From the NCBI GenBank assembly GCA_964497315.1, contig CAZCCH010000002.1:17519-81518 (forward strand): a stretch of DNA of 64,000 bases. Direction: 5' to 3'. A model generated the notes under the pieces. The model was given only the letters and a program-made list of their open reading frames with translations, did not search any database and was not told the origin of the DNA. This stretch comes from an uncultured Planctomycetia bacterium. GTDB taxonomy: Bacteria > Omnitrophota > Gorgyraeia > Taenaricolales > CAZCCH01. A program made the translations under genes and the position numbers. Shown in pieces: positions 37,505 through 47,970 of this stretch; within the stretch, counting starts at the first letter, position 1; every line of letters starts with the position of its first letter.

Positions 37505-37869
37505 CTTTTTAAATACGTAACCACATCTAAATCATGCAATTTTTCAGCTCTTTCCCATGCAACAGTAAGTGTAACTTCATTTAAGCTTGCATCTTCTAAG
37601 GCTTTAGATTTTAAAACCCAAGAATAATCTTTGTATCCTTCACCGAAATCCCCGCTTTGTACCTCTGTTTCTAAAATTTCGCCTGTTTCAAGCTGGAACA
37701 TTTTTGCCTCAATTAGACTACTTGCTATTATATAGTCTTGTGAAACCCTCGCTGCATCTATGATGCTAAAAAAAGAATTTAAGGTCAGAGTAATACCCAA
37801 AGATAAAACAGCCACAGCTACCATGGCCTCAAATAGCAAAAATCCTTTATTCTGTGATAATTTTAACAC
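37501..37869 (-). CDS. gspI: T2SS minor pseudopilin GspI-like
   Basis: GFLLFEAMVA prepilin motif; VTLTVAW. Confidence 0.75.
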   Translation of the reverse strand: MLKLSQNKGFLLFEAMVAVAVLSLGITLTLNSFFSIIDAARVSQDYIIASSLIEAKMFQLETGEILETEVQSGDFGEGYKDYSWVLKSKALEDASLNEVTLTVAWERAEKLHDLDVVTYLKR

Positions 37870-38311
37870 TTCCCCTTGGTCCTTTTGTGGTTAGCTTATT
37901 AGTTTTTCCGTTCACATTGGTTAATGAAATATTTACTTTATCAGAGCTGCCATCAGGGTAGAAAGATATATGTGGTGATTTACTAAATATGGTTATCTCT
38001 CTTGGCAAAAAATACACCTTTCCAAACTTTCCTTCTACATCTTCGAATTCTCTATCCTCCTTAGAGCTTAACTTCAACCTATTAAGCCAGTATCTATTTT
38101 TATCTACATCTAAGTTCAGTCTATAGGGAGACCTTTCAATAATGGCTCGTTGTCGTGCGTACCTAGCAAGAGAAACTATGCCTTGCGAAGAAGTTGTAAG
38201 TTGAATATCACTAAAAGTTCTTCTAAACAATGGTATTGAAAGACCTGCTAATATACCTATGATAGCAGTCACTAACATTAACTCGATAAATGTAAATCCC
38301 ACCTTCCTCAT
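37847..38311 (-). CDS. gspH: T2SS minor pseudopilin GspH-like
   Basis: GFTFIELM, ARQRAI, ISFYPDGS. Confidence 0.78.
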   Translation of the reverse strand: MRKVGFTFIELMLVTAIIGILAGLSIPLFRRTFSDIQLTTSSQGIVSLARYARQRAIIERSPYRLNLDVDKNRYWLNRLKLSSKEDREFEDVEGKFGKVYFLPREITIFSKSPHISFYPDGSSDKVNISLTNVNGKTNKLTTKGPRGSVKIITE

Positions 38312-38751
38312 TCAACAGACCCTACTTCCTCCCAATTTGTTATATCATCTCCACCACCATCAGCACCATCAGGTCCATAGGAATAAAGGTCATAATCGCT
38401 TACATTGTGTCCCCCAGGAGACTTATAAATATAGGGCCTCCTCCATGGATCAAGGGGCTTTTTCTTTAAATAAGGTCCGTTCCAATTTGTTGGAACTGGT
38501 GATGAGGAAGGTTTGCGCAAAAGGGCATCTAGGTCCTGTTCTGTAGTAGGATAGTTTCCATTGTCTAATTCATACAAGTCTAAAGCCAAGGCAATGCTAG
38601 CTTCAATATCTGCACGTGCCGCTGAAGAGCGCGCCTGCTCAGACCTACCTGCTAACCTTGGAACTACCATAGCTACTAAAATACCAATTATTACCACAAC
38701 CAACATAAGTTCAACTAATGTAAATGCTCTCCTATTCATAGCTACCTCCAA
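38308..38751 (-). CDS. gspG: T2SS major pseudopilin GspG (likely start ATG 38739)
   Basis: AFTLVELM, ALDLYELDNGNYPTTEQ, WNGPYL, DPW, SYGPDG, DDITNW. Confidence 0.95.
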   Translation of the reverse strand: MEVAMNRRAFTLVELMLVVVIIGILVAMVVPRLAGRSEQARSSAARADIEASIALALDLYELDNGNYPTTEQDLDALLRKPSSSPVPTNWNGPYLKKKPLDPWRRPYIYKSPGGHNVSDYDLYSYGPDGADGGGDDITNWEEVGSVE

Positions 38752-38752
38752 A

Positions 38753-39970
38753 TTATCTAGCCAAAAGGTTAATTTGAAATATTGGCAAAAGCATTGATAT
38801 CACTATAAACCCAACGATTGCACCTAACATTAATATCATAATTGGCTCAAGCAAGGAAGTCAAAGTTTTTACAGCTCTACCTACATCCCTTTCATAGGTA
38901 TCTGCTACCTTTAACAAAACCTTCTCAAGCTGACCACCCTTTTCTCCAATATGCACCATATTGGTTACAAAGGTGGGAAAAATGGGATTTATTTTTAAAG
39001 ATGCTGAAAAATCAGCTCCATCAGCAACTTCTTTTGCTATCCTTTCTAAATCTTGTTTTAAGACTTCATTTTCTATTGTTTTTGCAGCTACATCAAGTGC
39101 TTTTAATATCGGAACGCCATTAGCCAATAATGCTCCAAGCGTTCTTGTAAATCTTGCAATTTCTGCCTTTTTAACAATAGGTCCTATTAGAAAAAGCGAC
39201 ATCTTTACTCTGTGTAAAATCAGCCTACCTTCTTTAGTAGAAATCCTTCTTTTTATTATAAATCCTACGATTGCTGCCACTGCTGCAATTAACCACCAGA
39301 AATTTATCAAAAAATTACTAATACTAACTAAAAGAGCAGTAGGTAAAGGTAGGACTTGACCCATATCTTCAAACATAGACACAAGCCTTGGGATTACAAA
39401 TATCAAAAGTACTAAGACAGTCCCAAGCCCCACAAACCCCATAAGGGATGGATAAGCCAAGGCAGAACGTACCTTTGTCCTCAAATCATCTTCTGCTTCT
39501 GTAAAGTCTGCGAGCCTATCTAAAACAGGGGCTAATATCCCTCCCACCTCACCTGCTTTGACCATAGAAACATAAAGATTAGAAAAAACCTTTGGGTGCT
39601 TATTTAAAGCCTCTGAGAAATTACCACCGTCTTTTACAAAATCTGCCATGCTGGATGTAATAATCTTTAGTTCTCTATTTTCTACTTGCTGACTTAATAC
39701 CTCAAGTGCACTCAGTATTGTGAGTCCTGAACCTAAAAGGTCTGATATCTGCCTGGTGAATACTGCCAAATCCCTGTATCCAACCCTGTGTTCAAATCTT
39801 GAAAGAGGTGTTTTTCTCTCTTTTTCTTTCTGGTGCTGTTCTTTGATTTCCATAGGATATAGTCCGGATGATTCCAACTTCAACAAGGCCTGTGCTTGTG
39901 TTTCAGCTTCAACAACACCATTTACTATTTGCTTAGGACCTTTTTTTGCTTTATAGAAAAATTTTGGCAT
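38753..39970 (-). CDS. gspF: T2SS platform protein GspF
   Basis: FTRQ, AGEVGG, ALAYP, GEKGG, LLEP. Confidence 0.93.
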   Translation of the reverse strand: MPKFFYKAKKGPKQIVNGVVEAETQAQALLKLESSGLYPMEIKEQHQKEKERKTPLSRFEHRVGYRDLAVFTRQISDLLGSGLTILSALEVLSQQVENRELKIITSSMADFVKDGGNFSEALNKHPKVFSNLYVSMVKAGEVGGILAPVLDRLADFTEAEDDLRTKVRSALAYPSLMGFVGLGTVLVLLIFVIPRLVSMFEDMGQVLPLPTALLVSISNFLINFWWLIAAVAAIVGFIIKRRISTKEGRLILHRVKMSLFLIGPIVKKAEIARFTRTLGALLANGVPILKALDVAAKTIENEVLKQDLERIAKEVADGADFSASLKINPIFPTFVTNMVHIGEKGGQLEKVLLKVADTYERDVGRAVKTLTSLLEPIMILMLGAIVGFIVISMLLPIFQINLLAR

Positions 39971-39976
39971 TTACTT

Positions 39977-41689
39977 TTAAGCCTCGCTCACCCTGGCAAC
40001 TTCACCTATTGTAGTTAGACCTCTGTTAACTTTATCTAGACCATTTAGCCATAACGTAGATATACCCAGTTCAATAGCCTTTTGCTTAATCTTGTCTGCA
40101 GAAACACGCTTTAAGATTAATTCTCTAATGGGTTCTGTTATTATTAAAAATTCATATATGCCGGTTCTTCCTTTGAAACCTGTAAATTTACACTCTTGAC
40201 ACCCCTTACCTTCATAAAACTCCATTTTTGATAAATCACCAATTCTTTTAGTTAATTCATGTTCTCTTTCAAGTTCCTGCAGTAACTCTTTAGAAGGTGC
40301 TACCTTCTGTTTGCATTTTTCACAAATTAACCTGACAAGCCTCTGAGCTATTATGCACTCCACAGAAGAAGCTACTAAAAATGGTTCAATACCCATATCC
40401 AAAAGCCTAGTGACTGCCCCTGAGGCATCATTGGTATGAAGTGTTGAGAACACAAGATGCCCTGTTAGGGCTACCCTTATTGTAATCTCTGCCGTCTCAA
40501 AGTCTCTGACCTCGCCAATCATCATTACATCTGGGTCATGGCGCAGCATAGAGCGTAATCCTTGTGCGAATGTGAGATTTATCTTAGGCATTATTTGAAT
40601 CTGCGTAATGCCTTTAATTTGATATTCAATAGGATCTTCTATTGTAATAATCTTCTTTGTTGCATCATTTATTTTAGTAAGACAAGCATAAAGAGTAGTT
40701 GTTTTTCCACTTCCAGTAGGACCTGTAACAAAGATAATGCCATGTGGCTTTTTAATCATTTGCTCAAGAATAGATAAATCACTCTTGGAAAGCCCCAGCT
40801 TCTCCAAGCTATACAACATTCCACTTGTAAGAATTCTTATATCAACACTTTCACCATGAGGGGTAGGAAGTGTTGAAACCCTCAAATCTAGGACAGCATC
40901 ACCAATTCTTACTTTAATCCTTCCATCTTGCGGTAGGCGACGTTCTGCTATATTAAGGCCTGCCATAATCTTTATCCTTGAAACAATGGCAGGCTGAAAG
41001 TATTTAATTGTATGCGGTATGGCCGTATCATAAAGAACACCGTCCACCCTATATCTCACCCTTGACTCATCTTCAAAAGGCTCTATGTGAATGTCTGTTG
41101 CCCTCTCCTTATAGGCTTGTAAGAGCAGTTGATTAACAAATGTCACTATTGATGCATCTTCAGCCATCTCCTTTATATCTTCAGTAGCAGTAGAACTCAA
41201 GGTCAATTCTTCCTTGCTTGCTGCCTCATCTATAATCTTCTCAATGGTATCAGCACCTATGCCATAATAACGCCTTATGGCATCTAAAATATCATTTTCA
41301 CCGGCTAATACAGGCTTTATTTCAAAACCCAGAAGGAGCTTTATATCATCTAAGGTATGGATATCCATAGGATTGGCAACTGCAATGGTTAAGACATTTG
41401 CTTCCTGAGATATCGGGATTAATTTATAGTGGCAGGCAAACTTGGCGGGAACCTTCTCTATCAATGATGGTTCAATGTGTGTATTTTCTAGCCTTACATG
41501 AGGAATGTGTAATTGCTCAGAAAGTACTGGTAATAATTTCTCTTCTGTCAAAAATCCTAGTTTGACTAACGTACTTCCTAAAAACTGGCCGGTAGTTGCT
41601 TGTTCTTTTAAAGCAACTTCTAATTGCTCATTACTGATTAAACCCTTCTGAACAAGTACTTGGCCTAAAAGTAAATTATCTTTAGGCAT
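39977..41689 (-). CDS. gspE: T2SS ATPase GspE
   Basis: MshEN-like N-terminus, TDIHIEP, GPTGSGKTTT, TIEDPIE, LRHDPD, CxxC zinc motifs. Confidence 0.93.
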   Translation of the reverse strand: MPKDNLLLGQVLVQKGLISNEQLEVALKEQATTGQFLGSTLVKLGFLTEEKLLPVLSEQLHIPHVRLENTHIEPSLIEKVPAKFACHYKLIPISQEANVLTIAVANPMDIHTLDDIKLLLGFEIKPVLAGENDILDAIRRYYGIGADTIEKIIDEAASKEELTLSSTATEDIKEMAEDASIVTFVNQLLLQAYKERATDIHIEPFEDESRVRYRVDGVLYDTAIPHTIKYFQPAIVSRIKIMAGLNIAERRLPQDGRIKVRIGDAVLDLRVSTLPTPHGESVDIRILTSGMLYSLEKLGLSKSDLSILEQMIKKPHGIIFVTGPTGSGKTTTLYACLTKINDATKKIITIEDPIEYQIKGITQIQIMPKINLTFAQGLRSMLRHDPDVMMIGEVRDFETAEITIRVALTGHLVFSTLHTNDASGAVTRLLDMGIEPFLVASSVECIIAQRLVRLICEKCKQKVAPSKELLQELEREHELTKRIGDLSKMEFYEGKGCQECKFTGFKGRTGIYEFLIITEPIRELILKRVSADKIKQKAIELGISTLWLNGLDKVNRGLTTIGEVARVSEA

Positions 41690-41692
41690 ATA

Positions 41693-43006
41693 TTATCTCC
41701 CTATAAGAGCTAAATTATCATAAATAAAGGGCTTTGTCAATCGCACAATAGATCCAAAGGTTGCACTTTCAGTCACCTTTGTTATTTTAACTGGTACTAT
41801 CTGGTTTATCGAATTCTTTTCTGCCGCAAATGAAACCTCAATATATGTATCTGTATAGCCTGAATACAAGTTATTCTTCTTATCTTTCATTTTGTGTATT
41901 AAAACCGGGAGAGTCTTACCGAGAAATTTATTTCTGTATTCAAAAGAACTTTTTCCTGTAACTTCCTTCATTTTAACCAATCTTTTTTTCATTACATTAC
42001 GAGGTGTCTGGTCTTTCATATTAAAGGCTTCTGTCCCTTCTCTTTGGCTATAACGAAATATATGAGATCTACCTGGTGCAATCTTTTTGATAGCCTTTAT
42101 TGTATTTTCAAAAGCAAACTCACTCTCTCCAGGAAAACCTATCATGACATCTGTTGTAATTGCAATATCCGGGATAAATTCTCTGGCCTTTTTTACTTTC
42201 TTAAAAAATTCACTTGCAGTATACCTTCTATTCATCCGATGCAAAATTTCATCATCGCCACTTTGAAGTGGTATGTGTAAATGTGGACAGATTTTTTTAG
42301 AATCTGCTATTTTTTTTAATAAGTCTTCTGTTACATAAATTAACTCAATAGAGCTTAAGCGAATTCTTTCAAGGCCTTGTATTTTTTCTAAGTCCGACAA
42401 TAATCCAACTAAGTCGGGCTTGTATGCACCTAAACATATACCACACAAAACTATCTCTTTAAAACCATTTTGTACAAGTATTTTTACTTCTTCGACAATA
42501 TCCTTACCTGGCCTGCTTTTTGATTTACCACGCACTAAGGATACCTTACAGTAAGAACATTTGTTATTACACCCATCTTGAATTTTAACAAATGCCCTTG
42601 TATGTCCTGAAAAGTTGGTTATATGTTTGCGGGAATTAGATTTTGGGCTAAGGCTTATTGCTTGATTATCGCAAAGACTATTAACGATTTTTACAATGTT
42701 ATCTTTTTGTAAATTTTCGACTATTGCATTAACTCCAGGAATTTTTAAAATTTCCTCTTTGTCTTTTTCAACGTAGCAACCAGTAACAATAACTGCCTTT
42801 GGGTCTTTAAAGGCGCATTCTCTAATTAAGCTCTTTGATTTACTATCTGCCTTTGCTGTGACAGTACAAGTATTTATAATATAAATATCAGCGTCATCTT
42901 CTATATCAGTTTCTTTAAACCCAGCTGATAGCAAAAGTTCTCGCATGGCTTGAGTTTCATACTGGTTGACTTTGCAACCTAAGGTAAAAATTTGAAAGTT
43001 TTTCAT
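41693..43006 (-). CDS. mtaB: tRNA t6A37 methylthiotransferase
   Basis: TLGCKVNQYET, NTCTVT, KIQDGCNNKCSYC, TRAM-like end. Confidence 0.93.
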   Translation of the reverse strand: MKNFQIFTLGCKVNQYETQAMRELLLSAGFKETDIEDDADIYIINTCTVTAKADSKSKSLIRECAFKDPKAVIVTGCYVEKDKEEILKIPGVNAIVENLQKDNIVKIVNSLCDNQAISLSPKSNSRKHITNFSGHTRAFVKIQDGCNNKCSYCKVSLVRGKSKSRPGKDIVEEVKILVQNGFKEIVLCGICLGAYKPDLVGLLSDLEKIQGLERIRLSSIELIYVTEDLLKKIADSKKICPHLHIPLQSGDDEILHRMNRRYTASEFFKKVKKAREFIPDIAITTDVMIGFPGESEFAFENTIKAIKKIAPGRSHIFRYSQREGTEAFNMKDQTPRNVMKKRLVKMKEVTGKSSFEYRNKFLGKTLPVLIHKMKDKKNNLYSGYTDTYIEVSFAAEKNSINQIVPVKITKVTESATFGSIVRLTKPFIYDNLALIGR

Positions 43007-43041
43007 ATCACTTAAAAACTCTGGCTTTTCCCCTTATTAGA

Positions 43042-43070
43042 TTGACAGGAAGTAGCTTTTCTTGTAGAAT
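43042..43070 (+). promoter_or_regulatory. Sigma70 promoter of the glycosylation island
   Basis: TTGACA-17-TAGAAT. Confidence 0.72.
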
Positions 43071-43146
43071 GTCTATAGTGTTATTTTATCAATATTCTAT
43101 CATAAAATATAGTTAATAGCAAAATATTTAAGAAAAAGGAGAACTA

Positions 43147-44325
43147 ATGAGTTTTTCTTCAAAAAGCAATTCAGGGCAAATTGAAGTTTCTGTAGTAATG
43201 CCTTGTTTAAACGAAGCTGATTCAGTGGGAATTTGTATTGAAAAAGCCATTGAGGGCCTTAAGAAAGCTGGCGTTAGTGGAGAAATCATAGTAGTAGATA
43301 ATGGTTCTACTGATAATTCTATCCAAATAGCTAATTCTAAAGGTGCTAGGGTAATAAAAGAACCTATAAAGGGTTACGGAAGTGCTTATATAACAGGTAT
43401 TAGACATGCTAAAGGAAAATATGTGGTTATGGGTGACGCTGACGACAGTTACGATTTTACCCAAATAGAAAAATTTTTAAAACCCTTGCAAAAAGGCTCT
43501 GATCTCGTCATGGGGTCAAGGCTTAAAGGTGAAATACTCAAGGGTGCTATGCCTTGGACACACCGCTATATTGGAAACCCTTTCCTCACCAGCTTCCTGC
43601 AATTTCTATTCCACACAAAGGTATCTGATGCTCACTGCGGAATGCGTGCCTTTAGTAAAGAGGCATTTGATAAAGTTGGGTTTAAAACCAAAGGTATGGA
43701 GTTTGCCTCAGAGATGATAGTTAAAGCCTTGCGAGCTGGTCTAAAAATTAAAGAAGTACCTATTAAATACCATCCGCGTAGAGGTAAATCTAAGTTAGTT
43801 CCTATGGAAGATGCCTGGCGGCATATGCGTTTTATGCTCCTTTTTAGTCCAACGCACTTATTTCTGCTTCCGGGGCTATTTTTATTTATCTTGGGCATAA
43901 TAGGGTTAATAGCATTATTGCCTGGACCGCTGCCTCTTGGATTTCATAAATACGATATACACTTTATGATAATGTCTAGCCTGATGACCATATTGGGTTT
44001 TCAGGTTATAAATCTAGGGTTTTATGCTAAGGTATTTTCCTTCCAAGAAGGTTATATTAAGCTTAGTGAAGACAGAGTTGTAAGTTTTCTTTCTAAAATA
44101 TTCAATTTAGAAAAGGGATTATTGATAGGTCTTTTAATTCTTTTGGCTGGATTAGGAATTAATATCTTTATCTTATGGAAATGGATCCTATCAAATTTTG
44201 GAGAACTTTTCGAAGTAAGACGTGCCCTATTTGCATTAACTCTTATGGTTATAGGCACGCAAACCATTTTTTCTTCTTTTTTCTTAAGCCTATTGGGAGT
44301 TGAACATTTTGAAACAGAAAAATAA
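43147..44325 (+). CDS. GT2 polyprenol-phosphate glycosyltransferase (DPM synthase-like) with C-terminal TMs
   Basis: SVVMPCLNE, VVDNGSTD, GYGSA, MGDADDSYD, DAHCGMRAF, GMEFASE. Confidence 0.9.
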   Translation: MSFSSKSNSGQIEVSVVMPCLNEADSVGICIEKAIEGLKKAGVSGEIIVVDNGSTDNSIQIANSKGARVIKEPIKGYGSAYITGIRHAKGKYVVMGDADDSYDFTQIEKFLKPLQKGSDLVMGSRLKGEILKGAMPWTHRYIGNPFLTSFLQFLFHTKVSDAHCGMRAFSKEAFDKVGFKTKGMEFASEMIVKALRAGLKIKEVPIKYHPRRGKSKLVPMEDAWRHMRFMLLFSPTHLFLLPGLFLFILGIIGLIALLPGPLPLGFHKYDIHFMIMSSLMTILGFQVINLGFYAKVFSFQEGYIKLSEDRVVSFLSKIFNLEKGLLIGLLILLAGLGINIFILWKWILSNFGELFEVRRALFALTLMVIGTQTIFSSFFLSLLGVEHFETEK

Positions 44326-45652
44326 CAATTTAATTTCAAGCATTCTACCTATTGTTCTAATCCTCCTTTTTGCTTTCTTTCTCAGAATCCCCACCTTTTG
44401 GCTTTCACACACAAACTATGATGAAATGGCATATCTTAGCCTAGCCTTAAAATTAGATAAATTCGGATTTAAAGACTTTAACAATACATATAATTTACGG
44501 AACGTTGATATTATGCGCACGAGGAATCTCGGCGGGCCCTTTTCTTCAGAAAAAGAAATGGGTAACATATTAACTGGTTCAGGGGTAACTTATGAAGCCA
44601 AATCACCTAACCACCGCCCACCTTTATTTAGTTATCTATTGATGCAATCTCATCGTTTTTTTCTTAAAGATAGGCCGTACTTAGTAGCGAATAAAAATCT
44701 CAGTCTAAAATCTCCATTTTTAGTGCAATTGCACGCAGTAATTATTCCTCTGATTTTTAGTCTTGCTCTTATCTTTTTTACATACCTTCTAGGTAAACAC
44801 TTATTTTCACAAAAGGTAGGGGTGTATGCGGCACTATTCATGAGCTTATCTCCAATTGATTTATTGGTTTCTCAAAGGGTTTGGGCTGGAGATCTTCTTG
44901 CATGCCTTACCACGCTAGCTGTTCTTTTTTACTGGCTTGGCTTGAAGAAAAATAAAGTGATTTTTTCTATTTTAGCTGGAATCTCAGTGGGGTTAGCTAT
45001 ATCTACTAAGATGACTGGTATGTTTGCAATAATTGCAATTCTTTCCTTTCATATCTGGCGCACTAGAGGAGAATGGTTAAGATTTAATTTAAAACCTTTA
45101 TTCTTAGATAGGCATATTATCAGTTTATTGCTAGCAGCATTCTTGACCTCAGGCCCCTGGCTTTACATCTATTACGAAGGAAGAATCCCTTTCATTCAAA
45201 CATCAGCAAAAATTCCTACGGGTTCTTTTGAAAAACTAACTCCTTGGCTAAGTTTTACTGCTACCAGACCCTGGTATATGTATTTAATAAATCCTGTAGT
45301 CCAACTGCCTGTATTTATTTTTGCCTACTGGATATTTGCCGAAGCATTCTTCAAGAAGAAACAAAATGATGGAAGCATGCTATTGTTTTTTTGGTTTTTA
45401 ACAACAGTTTTTGTGCTTTCCTTCTTGGTCTCTTGGAGTGAATTAAGGTATCTGCTACCTACATATCCATCATTGGCTATCTTAGCAAGTAAATACTTAT
45501 TACAGCTCTACGATTATTTAGAAAAATACTTAAAGACATGGAGCATGCAATTGTTGTTCATTGTCTTAATGCTACTAAATGGATATCAAGCCCTTAGGTT
45601 GGCAATTCCGCTTATAGTTGCCAGAGCTATTGCAATTCCTATTCCATTTTAA
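44300..45652 (+). CDS. GT-C fold membrane glycosyltransferase (ArnT/PMT-like)
   Basis: YDE after TM1, HRPPLF, many TMs, STK, ELRYLLP. Confidence 0.82.
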   Translation: MNILKQKNNNLISSILPIVLILLFAFFLRIPTFWLSHTNYDEMAYLSLALKLDKFGFKDFNNTYNLRNVDIMRTRNLGGPFSSEKEMGNILTGSGVTYEAKSPNHRPPLFSYLLMQSHRFFLKDRPYLVANKNLSLKSPFLVQLHAVIIPLIFSLALIFFTYLLGKHLFSQKVGVYAALFMSLSPIDLLVSQRVWAGDLLACLTTLAVLFYWLGLKKNKVIFSILAGISVGLAISTKMTGMFAIIAILSFHIWRTRGEWLRFNLKPLFLDRHIISLLLAAFLTSGPWLYIYYEGRIPFIQTSAKIPTGSFEKLTPWLSFTATRPWYMYLINPVVQLPVFIFAYWIFAEAFFKKKQNDGSMLLFFWFLTTVFVLSFLVSWSELRYLLPTYPSLAILASKYLLQLYDYLEKYLKTWSMQLLFIVLMLLNGYQALRLAIPLIVARAIAIPIPF

Positions 45653-45680
45653 GCTTCGACCATTTTTTAACAAAAATCAA

Positions 45681-47036
45681 ATGAAAGTATTACTGGTTAA
45701 TCCTCCACCGGAACAAATAATAGAACCATGGGATGAACTCGCTTATCCGCATTTGGGCTTAGCTTATTTAGCCGCTTTTTTAAAGAAAAATGGCGTAGGT
45801 GTTTCAATTATAGATGGCAAATTTGAAAAATTAAATATTGATCAAATAGCGGAAAAAACAAAGCGCATCTCTCCTGACATAATTGGCATTACAGCAATGA
45901 CTAATTATATAAAAGCATCTGCATGTATGGCTAAAAGGTTAAAAGAAATATTTCCCGATGCTGCTTTTTTAGTTGGTGGCGCGCACCCAACGGCGTTACC
46001 TACGGAAACATTGAGGGAATTTCCAGTTTTTGATTTGGCCATAATGGGCGAAGGGGAAAAAACTTTATTTGAAATTGCTGAATCCAAATCTAATCAGTGG
46101 CATTCAATTCAAGGGATAGCATATAAAAAAAGTGGGACAATAACTCAAAATTCTGCTCGTGAAAAAATTGAAGATTTAGATTCTTTACCCTTTCCGGCCT
46201 GGGATATCTTGCCCCGTGCAAAAACATATCCTTTAATAACTTCAAGGGGGTGTCCTTTTAGGTGTATTTTTTGCATGAGATTGCATGGCAATAAAATACG
46301 CTTGCGTACCACAAGCAACGTATTACAAGAAATGGAAATTTTAGCTGAAGAATATGGTGTCCGGCATATTCCTATAATGGATGAAATATTCACTATTAAT
46401 AAAGATAGAGTTTCAGCAATCTGCAACTCCATGATTACTGAAGGGTTAAATAAAAAACTTACATGGGGTGTAAATTCAAGAGTCACTGGAATTAGTCTTG
46501 AAATGTTTAAAAAAATGCATGAAGCAGGTTGTAGAAAAATAGATTTTGGAGTAGAGTCAGGAAATAATGAAATTTTAAAAATGATTGATAAAGGAATTAC
46601 TACAAAAGATGCTATATCGGCCGTTAAATTGGCTAAAAAAGCACGCATAAAAACTCATAGTTTATTTATCTTAGGTCACCCCCATGAAACTCAAAAAACA
46701 ATTCAGGATACTACCAAATTGATCGTCAAATTAAATACTACTTATTTATCTGTAGGCATTATGGTTCCTTATCCGGGTACAAAGGTATATGAAATGGCCA
46801 GGGCCGGTTTAGGTGGCTATCAAATAATGAGTCGTGATTGGAATGATTATAATAAACAAATAGGAAATGCCTTAGAACTAAAAAATTTAAATAGAAAAAC
46901 GCTAGAGAGGCAGCAGGTTATTTCTTATCTTAAATTCTATTTGTGTAATTTTAGGTTAATAGGTTTACTTAAATTTTTGCTTTCGTATAGAAAGGCGGCT
47001 TATTTCTATCTGAAGAATAAGCTATTGAGGATATAA
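45681..47036 (+). CDS. B12-binding radical SAM protein
   Basis: MKVLLVNPP (likely start 45681), LGLAYLAA, GGAHPT, GEGE, SRGCPFRCIFC, GVESG. Confidence 0.92.
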   Translation: MKVLLVNPPPEQIIEPWDELAYPHLGLAYLAAFLKKNGVGVSIIDGKFEKLNIDQIAEKTKRISPDIIGITAMTNYIKASACMAKRLKEIFPDAAFLVGGAHPTALPTETLREFPVFDLAIMGEGEKTLFEIAESKSNQWHSIQGIAYKKSGTITQNSAREKIEDLDSLPFPAWDILPRAKTYPLITSRGCPFRCIFCMRLHGNKIRLRTTSNVLQEMEILAEEYGVRHIPIMDEIFTINKDRVSAICNSMITEGLNKKLTWGVNSRVTGISLEMFKKMHEAGCRKIDFGVESGNNEILKMIDKGITTKDAISAVKLAKKARIKTHSLFILGHPHETQKTIQDTTKLIVKLNTTYLSVGIMVPYPGTKVYEMARAGLGGYQIMSRDWNDYNKQIGNALELKNLNRKTLERQQVISYLKFYLCNFRLIGLLKFLLSYRKAAYFYLKNKLLRI

Positions 47037-47040
47037 ATAA

Positions 47041-47964
47041 ATGCCAACGATATTTTCCATTATTATTCCTGTAAAAAATGGAGAGAAAACTATAAAAAAA
47101 TGTATAGATTCGCTGTTAAATCTAGATTGCGAAAATTTTGACATACTTGTGGTTGACGATGGTTCAAAGGATAACACTTTAAAAATTTTAAAAGATTACA
47201 CGAAAAAGATAAAGCTTATTACTGTAGATAAAGTTGGTCCATCTAGAGCAAGAAATTTAGCTGTAACGCACGCGGATGCGCAATATATTGCTTTTACAGA
47301 CAGTGATTGTACTGTAGATAAAAATTGGGTAAAAGAACTATTTAAGGGTTTTGAACTATTTCCCGATGCTGTTGCTTGTGGGGGAATTCAAAAATTACCA
47401 AAAGATGCCACAGAATTTGAAAAAAGGGTTTTTTTATTTATGAAAAAAACGGGGTTCGTTTCTGATTATATGCGAACAGCAAAGGACAATAGCATTGTAG
47501 AGGTAAAACACAATCCCTCCTGTAACGTCATGTATAAAAAAGATGTATTTTTAAAAGAAGGTGGTTTCTTAGAAAATTTATGGCCGGGGGAAGATGTGGA
47601 ATTAGATCATCGCTTGATAAAAAATGGACATAAGTTAATTTTTAACCCTAAGGCTGTGGTTTTTCATCACCGTCCTAAAAATCTGAAATCGTTTCTAAGG
47701 ATGATGGATAGATATGGTTGGGCTCAAGGTTTTCTGGTAAAAAAATACGGAATCTTCAGAAGGGTTCATTACGTGCCTTTGGTAAGTTTAGTTGCTTCTA
47801 TTGTTGTCTTAGTTGGTCTGTTTTTAAAGCTTTGGGGCATACCATTACTTTTAGTGCTTAGTTTGCTTTTGCTATTTAGATTTGATTTCCACCTTGCTCT
47901 TCTGGCTCTATTGGGCCTTTTCTTGTGGCAGAAGGGTTTTTTAAAAGGATTTATTAATACTTAA
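47041..47964 (+). CDS. GT2 glycosyltransferase
   Basis: SIIIPVKN, VVDDGSKD, ARN, FTDSD, GEDVE. Confidence 0.9.
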   Translation: MPTIFSIIIPVKNGEKTIKKCIDSLLNLDCENFDILVVDDGSKDNTLKILKDYTKKIKLITVDKVGPSRARNLAVTHADAQYIAFTDSDCTVDKNWVKELFKGFELFPDAVACGGIQKLPKDATEFEKRVFLFMKKTGFVSDYMRTAKDNSIVEVKHNPSCNVMYKKDVFLKEGGFLENLWPGEDVELDHRLIKNGHKLIFNPKAVVFHHRPKNLKSFLRMMDRYGWAQGFLVKKYGIFRRVHYVPLVSLVASIVVLVGLFLKLWGIPLLLVLSLLLLFRFDFHLALLALLGLFLWQKGFLKGFINT

Positions 47965-47970
47965 AACATT